Below are positions 36,427-49,113 of a stretch of 64,000 nucleotides of DNA, piece by piece. The stretch is from Callorhinchus milii (Eukaryota). The position numbers and the translations under genes are program-made. How positions within the stretch are numbered: the stretch's first letter is position 1; each line of letters opens with the position of its first letter. Below the pieces are notes generated by a model. The model was not told the DNA's origin. It did no database searches and saw nothing but the letters and a program-made list of their open reading frames with translations. The stretch is from contig NW_024704742.1 in NCBI RefSeq assembly GCF_018977255.1, positions 35,342,001 to 35,406,000 on the forward strand, written 5' to 3'.

Positions 36427-37689
36427 ATTCTCGGTATCAAAAATGGATCCGCTATACATCCAATACCCAAGAGAATTGCTGGCCCTTACACTACCAACGT
36501 TCAGCCATTCTAGAAGATGTGAATAGCGCTATATCAAATGCAAGGATTATTATTATTATTATTTGGAGTTTCACCCAAATGGTTCACAAAACTGGGGAAG
36601 TGTTTTGTTCCAAGTGAGCATAAAATATTCAAATTAAAGTTAAGATCATGGTACTAAATAATCTGGGATCATAACAAACAATTTGCTTTCGGATTAAAAT
36701 AATGAACTATAAATAATCCCCTGCTTCAAGACAGGCTCTTAAAATATATATATATCTTAAAATAAATTAAATATATATCCCAAATAAATATATCTTAAAA
36801 TATATGTCGCATATTTTAAGATATTTAACAATAAATTATGTATATTCTGTTAAATCCTCAATTGTGATGATTGTTCATGTCTGCTTAAGTAGACAATACT
36901 GTTTCTCTAAAAGTAAAGGAGTGTAGCTAACAGGTAATGTGAAGGGCTTCAGGATTTCCTAGTCATAATGTGCTATATTTTCCATCAAATTAATTAATTT
37001 GGAAAGCGCTCCATTCCTTACCACAGGTCAGACATATTGAAGCATAAAATGCAAAATACAGCAACAAAAGCTTGCATTTATATAACGTTCTTCACACGCT
37101 GCAGTTTCTCTGAGCATTTAAATGCAGTATGTCAGAATTATTACTGATAAGGATTGCCACATTGGTGGACATTCTGCTGAGTCTATAACTGGCAAACTCC
37201 CTCTCTCTCCCAACCCCTGCCCACCCCTATCCCCAAAAATGTCAATGTAATTGAGAATAAAGCTGCTTGCAGAGGTAATTGATGTGGTTGGGAACAGTTA
37301 TTGGTGTGGCTGGCATCAGTCATTGATGGACTGGCAGCATTGAGTAATATGGCCCCACTAGTCATTATCGTGACCTGCTGATGGTACCTTTGAACATGCT
37401 GCCCTGCAGATCACAGCATTCAGAGCATCCTTGTAGAATATTATACCGTAAACTAACATTTAGAGGCCATTTAAAAATAATAATCCTTGCATACAATTGA
37501 AAAAAATCACACATTCTAAAACCAATGCAAATTGATCATAGATTTCATAGATGAGCATAGCATAGTACAATGTATAAATGTAATGTTATCTCAGAAGATT
37601 TTCCTTTTTCCTGCACGACTTACGCAACAGATTCACTCCCATCCCTTTTCTCCACAGATTTGATATTTTTATTTACATTACATCATAAA

Positions 37690-38130
37690 ACTACATCAAA
37701 TTCAAGGATTATAATATTATGATCCAGTCCTAGTCAGTTGATATGGAAGAAGACATTAATCCAATAGAGAAGTTTCAAAGAAGTGAAACATGTACGATTT
37801 GGTCTTAGCAACTCACAAGGATGAAAGTCTTTGTGAGAGAAAAGATCACTGAGGAGGGATACGACCCAAGTTTTAAAATGTTAAGAAGCAAAGATCATTT
37901 GTAGTAAGCAGGTATATTACTAGCAATATGGATACAGAATAAAAGGAACAAATTCAATACTAACAAGATTCTGTAAATTACATTGTTTTTGATCCCTTAA
38001 GTAATGGTTATTATTGGAACATTCCCAGCCAAAGCAGCCAATGTTACATCCATAAAGTATTTAAAAAAAATAATAAATACCATGATGGGAACAGAATGGA
38101 AGATTATAGTAAGAATTTCATAGAGATATA
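37690..38130 (+). mobile_element. Decayed CR1 3' region
   Basis: KEDINPIEKFQRS..., actgaggagggat (RGD-like) and ttggaacattccc (WNxLP-like) remnants. Confidence 0.55.
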
Positions 38131-38477
38131 ATTAAATATTCCATGTAGCTCAGGGCATTTCTGTGCTGCTGCAACCACATGAATGTCACCTGCGGAAAGC
38201 AATACATTGAATCATGAAAACTTACAGTAGAACAGATTCTAAAATTTCCCTTCAGGGATGTATTTTGCAGCACGTTTCCTCAAGATATTTTAGCATAAGG
38301 TACAATCTTTGCTGGGTAAAGTGTGCATGTGTGTGTGTGCTATGTGGAAGCAATGGTTTAATGGACTGACTGGCCTTTCACATTCTCATTACTTGCTTGT
38401 GACAAGGAGATAAAATAACAAAGCCAAGGAGAAAGAGAGATGGAGGTAGATAGAAAAGCATAGCGATGACAAGGAAT

Positions 38478-38672
38478 AACAACAACTTGCATTTATATAG
38501 TGCCCTTCACGCAGAATAGCATCTTGGAGCGCTGCACAATGGTGAGGTTGGACATTGAGTGAGAGAGAAGGGGAGAGGAGGTGACCATGGTGTGGTCAAA
38601 GAGATAAATCTTCAAGTGCGATTTAAAGATAATTATGAGAGTGCGAGTCAGAGGGATTAAAGCAGGGAGTGC
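38478..38672 (-). mobile_element. L2 3' fragment
   Basis: aacaacaacttgcatttatatag tail; FKSHLKIYLFD. Confidence 0.75.
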
Positions 38673-38728
38673 CAGAGGTATATGAGTAAAACAAAACATT
38701 GCATAGACAATCAGAAACAGTAATTTAC

Positions 38729-38808
38729 TGTTCCCCGTAATGCTTTTATGCCATAGCACAAGCAGGATCAGCACCAGCGACGTATTGGCGGAAGATGTGA
38801 GAGACATC
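38729..38808 (-). CDS. Candidate exon encoding a signal-peptide-like sequence (MSLTSSANTSLVLILLVLWHKSITGN)
   Basis: Minus strand: long polypyrimidine tract (~38815-38855), first AG at 38810-38809, ATG at 38807, donor ACA|gtaaat at 38728; local CpG retention. No homolog recognised. Confidence 0.3.
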
Positions 38809-38894
38809 CTTTCCGAGGAGAAGAAAAAGGAGAAGGGAAAAAAGAGACCAAAACCTAGGGAAATGTGGAACACCCATATAGACCTGAATATCTA

Positions 38895-39100
38895 CCTTGG
38901 CTCAATTGAAAGACCATTTTATCTTAACATTTAAGATCACACAGTATTGGGTAAACGCCCAAATTAATTATAAAGCCAGTTCTTTTTAAGAAATGAGTCA
39001 AACCAACTTCCACATTACGATAGAATCTAAGAATTTTCCACAATTTTGGATGATCTTAAATTTTAACAAGGGTAGTTTTACAGGTGGAATTTTGAGCCTT
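38895..39100. repeat. Third copy of the palindromic element family
   Basis: gaccattttatcttaacatttaagatc ... gatcttaaattttaac...aggtggaattttgagcc. Confidence 0.55.
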
Positions 39101-39869
39101 AATATATTGTATAAAGATATTGTATTTTCTGTTACATGCGAATTATGGGGTATATTACTGTTTTACTTGATTTGACAATATGTGAAAGGTTGTAAGACAA
39201 GGGGTACAGCTGGAATAACCAGAAATTGAATTCAACATAATACTGCATTCAGATTGATTACATCAGGGGTGTGTGCAATTTTATGATAGCAACCGATAGC
39301 ATTGTTACTGCTTCAACAATGACCTAATGATCCGCATTGACTTTATCCAACTAAGAACCACCTGGTCAGTGTTGCTGAAAAAGTAATCTTTGGGAAAATG
39401 GTAATGGTGTCTCAGGGCCAGAGAAAGCACACAATTGGAGCTGAGGTCTTATGAGTCTTTGTGATATACAGGGAATTCCAGCACAAAATGTAGTTTAAAA
39501 AACAGTTGTTGTTCATATATGAGGCTTTTGTTTCTTGCGCAGAGGAAACAGTACCATTGTTTCTTTCTTAAGGAGTGTGACGTGTGACCCCAGTATCTGT
39601 ATCAGATTAGCTACTCCAACCATCTGCAACTCTAATTTAAACTTTTCCCTTTTATGTTGACTCCAGCTAGCATATGCTGTTACCTTCAGGTGAAGACAAA
39701 ACAGCAAATTATACTTCGGAAGAATTCCCTAGATATGAAGTACACATGCATAAGCACATTAAATCAGACCATAAATATTCTCCATGAATAAATTATATGT
39801 GCAGGTTTTTGGACCTCCCTGAGAAGATCAGTGAATTATGGAAAGGTATGTGGGAAATGTATTCTCAAC

Positions 39870-40610
39870 TGCATGTTTGGAAACTGAACTGTTTCCTTGT
39901 TTACTGTCCCCCTAANCCCCCCCGGCTCCTTCCACACAGACATCTCCACTCTCTCTTCCCTGTCCCTCTGCTCCGAGTGCCTACTCATAATGGGCAATTT
40001 CAACCTCCACCTAAACTCCCCCTGCACGACTTCTGCTGATTTCACTGCCCTCCTCTCCTCCCCTTAGGCTTACCCTATATATAAACTCACCTGCGCACAA
40101 CCGTGGTCACGCACTTGACCTCATCATCACCCACTGCCTTGACATTTTCAACCTTAGCGTAGTGGACAAGGCTATCTCGGACCACTTTTTCATCTCCTTC
40201 TCCTCTCACATCCTCCTCTCCTCCACCAAGCCCTCAACCATCCTCTACCGCCCTTGGAAAAGGCTACCCCCTGAGACCCTCACAAAGGCCCTCTCATCAT
40301 CAGACATCCTATCCATCTGGCCTTCCACCCGTGGAGATCCTGAAGCAGCCGTCCAGCTGCTCCATGATCACCTCTCCTCCACTTTCAACTCCCTGGTCCC
40401 CCTAAAATCCAGGACCATCTCCAAACCCACCCGATCTCCCTGGTACAACAACCATCTCCGCCACCAAACAACCCAAACCCGTCTGCTCAAGCTCAGATGG
40501 CGGAAAACTGGCCTGACAGTTCACCGTCAACTGTGGGTCGAGCATCTCCACAGCTACTGCCGTTCTTTGACACACGCAGAAATGGCCTTTTACTCCAACA
40601 TCATCTTACT
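39870..40610 (+). mobile_element. L2 ORF2 APE endonuclease and linker fragment
   Basis: VYCPP, MGNFN, GHALDLII, ISDHF, SPWY motifs in order. Confidence 0.9.
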
Positions 40611-40653
40611 TCATAAATACAATACAGTATATACACCTGGTAATACCTGACAA

Positions 40654-40974
40654 TCTCTATACTAATAAAGATGAAATGTCTCTCTGTCTGTGAAGAACGC
40701 AATAACCGATTGACGTAGATGCTTTAGACCTCACCAGAAAGATCTTGCTAGAGGGAGTGTCATGGGCATATTCTTTTCGGTGGGGAATCACCTATCATTG
40801 ATGAGTTATGATAGGCGATTCCCCCTAAACAAGCTCATCACAGATGTATGGCAGTTTTGCTTAAGGTGTACACACAGTGTTTTTGGCATGTTAAATGTTT
40901 GTGAGTGGTATCACTGAAAAGTTACATTCCATATTCGATCAGTTGGTTGCAAGCATTGCAACGGGTGCAGGTAG
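40654..40974 (+). mobile_element. Non-autonomous Helitron-like element
   Basis: 5' TC end (TCTCTATACTAATAAAG), subterminal hairpin gttgcaa-gca-ttgcaac, 3' end GTAG (CTAG-like), located between host A and T with no TSD. Confidence 0.7.
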
Positions 40975-42364
40975 TTCATTATAAATTGATTTAAGAAAAG
41001 ATTTCTTACTCAAATGCGGTAATTGAAAAGAGTGAGCCCTGTCCATCCACCTAAACTATCGTATTGGGCTACGTGGGCTACATGATCTTTTCATGTTTCT
41101 TCCTTTTTATATTCATTTTGGGATGGAGGCAGCTGTGGTGTTGATGTCAGTGCTAATAATCATTCATTTAGCACTTCATATAAATATAGCAACTGTATAA
41201 CATGGCACATTTCACCCATCCTAACAGTGCAATTCTCCAACCTGAATATTGTATCATGTGCTTCTAGCATGTGCCTGTTGCATGAAGCCGCTGAGTGTGT
41301 ACACATATTTCCATTTATTTTTACATGGCAAGTACTGGAAGATCTAACATTTGTACCAAGTTTTCTGTTTTCTCATGATGGTTTTATAATGTTATTTCAA
41401 TGAAGATACTGGACTGAACTTCAGCTATGAAGTTCAGAAGGTCAACGTCTACAAATAGTTATGTACTTCATCTGTGTTATTTGTTTTACAGCACATTTCC
41501 GTGCTGCTAAGAAACACTTCTGATTTCTTTTGCTACACGAACATCTAATTGTTCAGGTTCCCTGAGAAATTAACAATATCCTTGATCTGAGCCAGATAGC
41601 AATGCCATCCAACAGTAATCTAATCAATCATGGTATTCAGAGACCAGTCTCATAGATACAGGATTTATAATTATACAGCTATCCAATCTAATTCTTAGAT
41701 CTTCCTGTACCCTCTGGTGTTAAGTTCTCTCATCTTTGTTTGTCATGTTCAATTCACATTATAGTGGAAGGTAAGGGTAGTGAGAGAGAAAGAATGTAAC
41801 AAAACTTGTGCAAGCCAGTTGAATTTTCACCATTAAAATATTAGCAATATCTGGTAGGATGATGAAATACTTGCAATAGATTATGAGGATGGTCTAAATT
41901 GGAATATGTATTTCCAATATTGCCAGTGAGACCCAGGAAACTCTAGAAAACATTGTTTGGCAATTATATTGCAGATTAAAGGTACCAAGGAGATAGAATA
42001 TAGGACAGAAATAAAATAAAGATTAAGTTAAAATTATAAAAATGGAAGCGAGAGAGAACAGAAAATAAGATAAAATTGGAATACGAGAAAACGGTACACA
42101 GGAATATTTACATATTTTTATTTTTAAAGTTGATTTTAGTTCTACAGAATCAAAGTTATAGTAATAAAGCTAATTGTGATAGTTAAGTAACCATGTTCCT
42201 GTTAGTTTAGATGTGTACTGAAAGGATTTTTAAAATTGGATGCCAAGGAAGCCTAGAATTTCCAAAGTTCCTCTCCCCATCACATCAGGAAGGTCTATTA
42301 TTTTTAATATTATTATGAGGAGAGACCATGTGAAGTACACGGGAAAGCTGGGGCTAGATTAAAA

Positions 42365-42570
42365 GACCAATTATTTTATTGCAACACCACTCTCCTGGCA
42401 ACAGTACCTTCACTCTAGGCATCAAGCAAGGGGGAGGGAGAAAGGGGGAAGTGAGTTACGTTTTAAGATGGACAGACAGACAGATAGATAGGGGACAAGA
42501 TAGACAGGTACAGCGAGGGAGTTCCAGAGGTTAGGGGTAGAATCTTAAGGCTTGGCTTGATAAAGTGCTG
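42365..42570 (-). mobile_element. Old L2 3' fragment
   Basis: ggggagttccagaggttagggg...ttaaggcttggc is the reverse of the L2 'P.LWNSLP' region. Confidence 0.5.
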
Positions 42571-42985
42571 TAAATAAGCAATTTCTTTTTGTATAAAAAT
42601 AATGTGCAAGAGATCATCATTAAGATCAACTTCGCCGTATTTTCATTCCAATTTTTGGTTACTGTATGTTTTTTTCTGCTTTCTGCAGCAACCGTTCTAT
42701 TTCTGGCCAATATGGGATGGAAAGAATACAAAGGTCTCTCTACTCCTTGCATTTCACAGCTAGAAACTGCTTATGCAAACACCAGTTCATCTCTAATTTT
42801 GAACTATTTATTCAGAATATCAGCCAAGTGCAATGGTAGCACTATCACCTGAGTCAGAAGGTTGTGGGTTCAATCCCTATGTTAGGACTTGGAATCACAT
42901 AATCTACGCTGACACTCCAATGTGGTACTGGGGAGGTGTTGCATTGTCAGAGGTGCTGCTGTTCAGATGAGATGTTAAACCAACA

Positions 42986-43309
42986 GGAGTCCTGTAGCTC
43001 AGTGGTTAGAGCACTCGCTTTGCAAGCGAGAGACCTGAGTTCAATTCCAGGCAGAGGGTGAAACCTTGGGCAAGTTTCCTTACTCCACACAGAGCCTAAT
43101 AAATAATCCCTCCAAAACCAAAAACATTAATAAATTCGTCACTTTCAATCTATGACTGTTTGTGGGACATTGCTGTGCGCAATTGGCTGCCGCGTTCGCC
43201 CACAAATATACAGTCAATTCACTTTACAGTGTGTTCTGTGAAGCGCTTTGGGACGTCCTCCCGACGTGAAAAGCGCTATATCAAATGCAAGGATTATTAT
43301 TATTATTAT
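42986..43309 (+). mobile_element. Full-length young tRNA-Ala SINE
   Basis: ggagtcctgtagctcagtggttagagcactcgctttgcaagcgag head with CTCGC-TTTGCAA-GCGAG anticodon arm (TGC); (ATT)n tail. Confidence 0.95.
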
Positions 43310-43310
43310 A

Positions 43311-44198
43311 AAAGCAACAACAACCTGCACTTATATAGCGCTCTCAACGCAGGGTAGTATCTGTAGAGTGCTTAACAGTGGCGGAGCCTGACTCCGAGCC
43401 GGGGGTGGGGGAGGTAGCTGTAAGCCCGGTCGAAGAGGAAGGTTTTCAGAGGGGACTTGAAAAAGGAGAGAGAGGGGGCAAGGCGGATTAATTGAGGGAG
43501 AGTGTTCCAGAGTGTGGCGACATGGTGGCTGAAAGCGCGACCTCCAACCATGGGGCGGAGGGTGTGAGGGATGAGCTGGAGGCAGGTGCCAGTTGATCGG
43601 AGGCGCCCGGTAGTAGATTGGGCAGTGAGGAGGTTGGAGAAGTAGGGAGGTGCCAGGGAGTGAACGGATTTGAACACAAGTGTGAGGATCTTGAAGTCAA
43701 TCTGTTCGGTGAGATGTGAGGGATGGAGTTTGGTCCAGGTCAGTATGTGGGCGGCAGAGTTTTAAATAAGCTGGATCTTGTGAATAGTGGACCTGGGGAA
43801 ACCGGCGAGGAGTGCGTTGGAGTAATCCAAGCGGGAGGTGACAAATGAATGCTGCATTTGGGGTAAGGTATGGACAGAGGTGGGCAATGTGGCTGAGGTG
43901 GAAAGAGGTGGTCCTGGTCAGGGACTGGATGTGGGGGAGGAAGGACAGTTGGGGGTCGAACCAGATGCCTAGACTGCACACTGGTTCGGTGAGTCAGAGG
44001 GAGAGTCCGGGGAGATTGAGGAGTTGAGATCTGCAGAAGTGAGGGCATTGACGGGAGCCAAGGAGTATGGCTTCCGTCTTGTCCATATTCAGCTGCAGGA
44101 AGTTTACACTCATCTAGGCCCTGATGTCCGCCAGACAAACTGATAGCACATTGGGGAATTGGTACTGGAGGAGGCAAAGTAGATTTGTGTGTCATCCC
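43311..44198 (-). mobile_element. L2 3' portion (tail type A)
   Basis: Close to the 7391 copy; DDTQIY at the 5' break; LWNTLPQ...FKSPLKTFLF. Confidence 0.93.
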
Positions 44199-44788
44199 CA
44201 ACCAAGGTTCCGTCTCTCTGTTTAGGTGGACATTAAAGACGCCAAGGTACTATTCAAACAGAGAAGAGAGTTTCTTCCGGTGGCCTGACCAACAATCCCT
44301 AAATAAAATTGATCACTCACTCCATGGCTGCTTGTGAGACATTGCTGTGTGCAACTGGATGCCACATTTCGCTCACAAAATACATTGTTAAAAACTATGT
44401 TACAAAAAATCCTATGAAGCGCTTTGAGATGTCTCGACAATGTGAAAGCGCTATATCAAATGCAAGGATTATTATTATTAATATGAGCATTTCTTTGTGC
44501 TCTGACATCAAAGCCAATTTCTTCAATTCCTTTGGATGCCATTCCTTTGAGCAAGACTAGAAATTAATATAGTGCTCTGCACCCCAAGATGCTATTCCGA
44601 GTGAAGGGTGCTATGTAAATTGTGGTTGTATATGTTTTCAATTTAAATATTGTACTCGTTGTTAAGCAATCACCTTAGAGCAGAGATCTTGCAAGTTAGT
44701 GTTATGTAGATGGGTTTCCTATCTCTCCATTATATTAGCTAAACAGTCAGAGAATACAGAGTAGGTGCCAGCCTAGCTCAGTAGGTAG

Positions 44789-45765
44789 CAACAGCAACAA
44801 CAAAATTACATTTGTAAAGCACCTTTCACGTTAGGAGGACGTCTCAAGGCTCTGAACAGTCAGGGATCAGGACCTGAGCATGGGGGTGCAGGGTTGGGAA
44901 GAGGGAGGGCAGAGGGGTAGGATGGCCGGCTGAAGGCATGGTCAAAAAGGAGGAACTTGAGTCACGCCTTGAAGTAGGCAAGAGAGGGAGCAAGGCGAAG
45001 AGATTGTGCGATCGAGTTCCAAAGAGTTGGGGCAGAGAGGCTGAAATCCCAGCCGCCGATGATAGGGTGGGTCGGGCGGGAAAACTGGAGCAGGCTGGAG
45101 CCTGCTGAGGGGAGGGAGCAGACAGGTTGACAGGGTTCAGCAGGTCAGAGATGTAGGGAGGGGGGGGCAAGTCCATGGAGGGCCTTAAAAGTGAGGACGA
45201 GGATTTTGAATTCTGCCCTCTGAGGGATGGAAGGCCAGTGGAGCCGGTCGAGGGTGGGGGTGATGGGGGTCACGGAGTCTGGTGCAGGAGAGGACGCGAG
45301 ATGCAGAATTCTGGATGATCTGCAGCTTGTGGAGGGAAGAGTTGGGGTGGCCTTCAAGGAGGGAGTTTCCGTAGTCGAGCCTTGAGGTGACGAACGCGTG
45401 TATGAGGGTTTCGGCGACCTGAGGGGTGAGGCAGTGGCGGAGTCGGGCAATGTTGTGGACGTGGGGGAAGGCAGAGTGGGTCATGGCACAGATTTGGGGG
45501 AGAAAGGACAGTCGAGGGTCGAACAGGAATAATAATAAGTTCCTGACTGGCTTGGTGAGGTGGAGTTTGCAACCATGGATACTGATGTTACCAGTGACTG
45601 GGGTGCGAAGGTGCTGGTGCGAGCCAATCAGAAGGACCTCAGTCTTGCTGACATTCAGCTGTAGAAAGATGGTTCTCATCCAGGACTTGATGTCAGACAG
45701 ACAGTCTGCCAGGACATCAGTTGTCCTGGAATCAAGGGTGGAGACAGGGTTGGGTGTCATCCGCG
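44789..45765 (-). mobile_element. L2 3' portion (tail type B) inserted into the head of a Deu-SINE (44767-44790 / 45766-45965)
   Basis: CLSDIKSWMRTIFLQLN...SRLDYGN; host reads tagctcagtaggtagca | tctcacctctgagtcagaagg. Confidence 0.92.
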
Positions 45766-48399
45766 TTCTCACCTCTGAGTCAGAAGGCTGTGGGTTCAAT
45801 CCTCACATCAAAACTTTGAGACAGCAGATTTTGTCCTGATGTCCTGGCCAACAATCCTCCAAATCAATTAGTCATTTACTTCATGTGAGACATTAGTTTA
45901 TATAAGTTAGCCTATAAAATACAGTCACTACAATCTACAGTAAATTCTGTGAAGCGCTTTGAGACTTATTATTTTCATTATTTGTATTGTATCACTGCTG
46001 TGTTGTTTGGAAGATGAAGATATTGTGCATTGTGAGGACATTGAAATGAAATGGATGTTTTTTGCCCTCTATGGTCAGTCTGATATAATTAGAAGCTCAT
46101 TACCATACTTAGGAGTATCAAAACCAGACTGGGGGGTTCTACATACAAATACCCTGTGTGAAACATTGCCCCAAAGAAATCCTTCCTGGTTCAGGTCCTG
46201 ACAGAACATACAGGTGCTAACTACTTAGAATTACATAGACTTTATGTAACTGGTCATTCAGCCCAAATATTCCAGGCCAGTGTTTATATTCCTCACCAAA
46301 CTCCATTCTGTCTAATCTGCTCTTCCTATTCTTCTCCTCCTGTAGTCCTGTCTTCCTTGCTCACTCATGTAAGAAACTCCCCAACTCACTCAGGTTGCTG
46401 AATAAACATATTTTAAGTAAATCTGCTTTTTTTTTCAGTTGACCAAAAGGATAATGGAACTTTAATGTTCTAAATTAATTTAGATGATCTATGTGGAGTA
46501 TAATGCCCACAACGTTGACTGGTCATTTAAAAAATACAAAATGACAGGGTGATTTTAGTCCTGTATATGCTGGAGTGATTGAAACTGCAAGGACTCTAAT
46601 ACGTCCTCCTCCACTGTGGCCTACACTCACATCACCTTCACTGTTGGTTTTAGTACTTCATGCTCCATTTTGCAGGCACTTTGTCACATGTCATGTGGCT
46701 TTCCTCCTTCCCCAAAGCTTTCTGACATGTTGTACCTCTCCGCCAGCCTGGCGTGGCTGATCAAGCTGTTCAAACAACTGGAAGACATCAGAAGTTAAAC
46801 ACTCATTATTTTAATTTGATGCTAATCATGTGTTAATGAGACTAATCCTTGCAATGATTCAGGTAATTTGCTTAATGGCTGCATGGAGTCTGTTTTACAG
46901 TGATCAGTCACGTCTGATAAGACGTCTGTTGCAGCACAAGCTGTCAGGTGAATGAGGTGGGATAATGCTTGCTTCATCTTGATGGCAGGTGATAGATTCC
47001 ATACAAGGCATGGGTCTCTGACTTATAACACAGTCAATAGCTGTTCTTTCCTAAAGTCTGTGTTAAGTGAATACTAAACAACAGATCAGGCTCTTTCATC
47101 CCACCATACAGGGGCCTACAGCTAACCCAGGTCAAACCATCATGTCTCAGCACTACATTATTGGGGTTAGTGCACTTGTATAACCGAACTGTTCACAACC
47201 TCCATTGTCAAATACTGCTCCTTTCTAAATAACAATCTGTCCTATAAACCACTTTAAACTATACTCCTCTCAGTGCAAAAAGGGAGACAAAGGAATTACT
47301 TTAACAATGAATGCTACTTGCAAACATATTTGTTGATATAAAAATGTAGATAATAATAATCCTTAGATTTAGTAAAGACAAAGTCATTTACCGTTATATT
47401 TTGTTCCTGTCTGTGTCCATTTAGCAGATTTTAGAAAATGAGAACAAGTGCAGCAGATGAAATTGCAAGATCACAAAATTCATTTGGATGAAGAAGGACT
47501 TTCGACCATTTTATTTCTTCCTTCCAGAATACCCACCCTACTGTCCAACCATCACAGCATCCAAGTCTTTTTAAATAAGTCCAGCATCCTGGTCTCAACC
47601 ACCCTTCCTGGCAACCTGTTACAGTCATTACAAGAACAACAATAACTTGCATTTATATAGCAACCTCTGGATAAAGAAATACTTTCTGGTCTCAATGCAT
47701 CCAAAAGTATTGTTCTGGGTTAAGTTTCTTAATCCCATTTAAAATCTGTGTGACCTGACTGTGCTAACAATGAATACTTGTGTTGATTCCATGCCTGACA
47801 ACCTGTGTGTGTGAAAGGAGGAAAGAGACAAGGAACTTTTACTTTCTGTTATGATGATCAAATGGTTTCTCTCCATTATGTTTATGTCAGATTTTTAGGA
47901 GCAAAATTTGCAATCTATTTGAATAACTTTTAGTATGTATTTTGACAGAATCTCATATTGCATAGGATGACAAGAACAACAACAACAGCACTTATATTGT
48001 ACCTTTCTCATAGAGAGAATGTTTCAAAACACAAAACAAACTGTCATTGACAAGTGGGACTAGCTACCAGTGAACAGTCTTAAGTATTTGGATCAGCATC
48101 CTTACTTATTAGAAAAGTTCATCAACAAGCTGAACATATTTATTGTCAGAAGAAAGAATGCAGCTTCCTTAACTTCTTCAGAACAGTACCATTGCAATTG
48201 TTTGACTTCAATTCCCTTGATGTTTTCTTGCAATGGTACCCTACAAAAGAAGGATGACGCTTGTTTTGGATAAAGTGCGAAAAGCATCAAAAGGTTTGAT
48301 GCATCCATCCACTTGAAGAAAAATGGTCACACAATTTTAATTTGATTACTGAAATAAATCATAGGGGAAGATTATTTATTTATTTCTCTCCCTTCCTTT

Positions 48400-49113
48400 T
48401 ACACTGTTGACCACTCTATCTTCCTCCACTGCCTCTCCTCTCACCTCAACCTTCATGGTTCAGTTCTTGAGTGGTTCAGATCCTACATTTCACACTGTAT
48501 CCGCTTTGTCTCCACAAACAGCTTCTCCTCCAGCCTCCGCACCATATCATACAGTGTTCCTCAGAGCTCTGTCCTTGGTCCTCCTCTTCAATATCTACAT
48601 GCTCCCTCTTGGCGAAATCATCTGCAGACATGGGGTCAACTTCTACATGTGTGCAGATGATCTCTACCTCCATCGACTCCAGGACCTCTGCTGTCCTGAC
48701 AGAATGTCTGTCAGACATCAAGTCCTGGATGAGAGCGAACTTTCTTCAGTTGAACATCAACAAGACCGAGGCTCTCCTGATTGGTTCCCGTCAGCACCTC
48801 CTCACCTCAGGCGCTGACAGCATCACCATCCATGGTCGCACACTCCACCTTACTAATCCAGTCCGGAACCTTGGGGTCTTGTTTGACTCTCAACTGTCCT
48901 TTCTACCCCATATCCGTACCATGACCCGCTCTGCCTTCTCTCACCCCCACAACATCGCTCGGCTCTGACACTGCCTCTGCCCTCAAACCGCTGAAACCCT
49001 TCATCCTCATCCTCATTCATTACGTCTTGGTTCGACTACGCCAACTCCCTGCTTGTCAGCCTTCCCAACTCTTCCCTCCACAAGCTGGAAATCGTCCAGA
49101 ACTCTGCAGCTCG
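48400..49113 (+). mobile_element. L2 RT fragment
   Basis: HGVNFYMCADD, CLSDIKSWMRANFLQLN, NLGVLFD. Confidence 0.93.

Larger units (their letters stand above)
42825..44480 (+). mobile_element. Deu-SINE host split in two (42825-42983 and 44200-44480) by a SINE and an L2
   Basis: ...gatgagatgttaaaccaa | aaccaaggttccgtc...aggtggacattaaaga joins into a continuous Deu-SINE ending in an (ATT)n tail. Confidence 0.8.

Noticed and set aside
36745..36830. AT palindrome atatcttaaaatat/atattttaagatat
   Set aside because: Low-complexity AT-rich slippage tract with no evidence of function.
42986..43060. tRNA-Ala(TGC) gene (also 53878 and 753)
   Set aside because: The tRNA-like part runs directly into a SINE body and L2-type tail, with no proper acceptor stem or terminator; it is a SINE head.
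43160..43357. Recurrent small ORF MWDIAVRNWLPR...KCKDYYYY (also 358, 31715, 54051) as a peptide family
   Set aside because: It is the translation of the SINE body and (ATT)n tail, with non-ATG starts.
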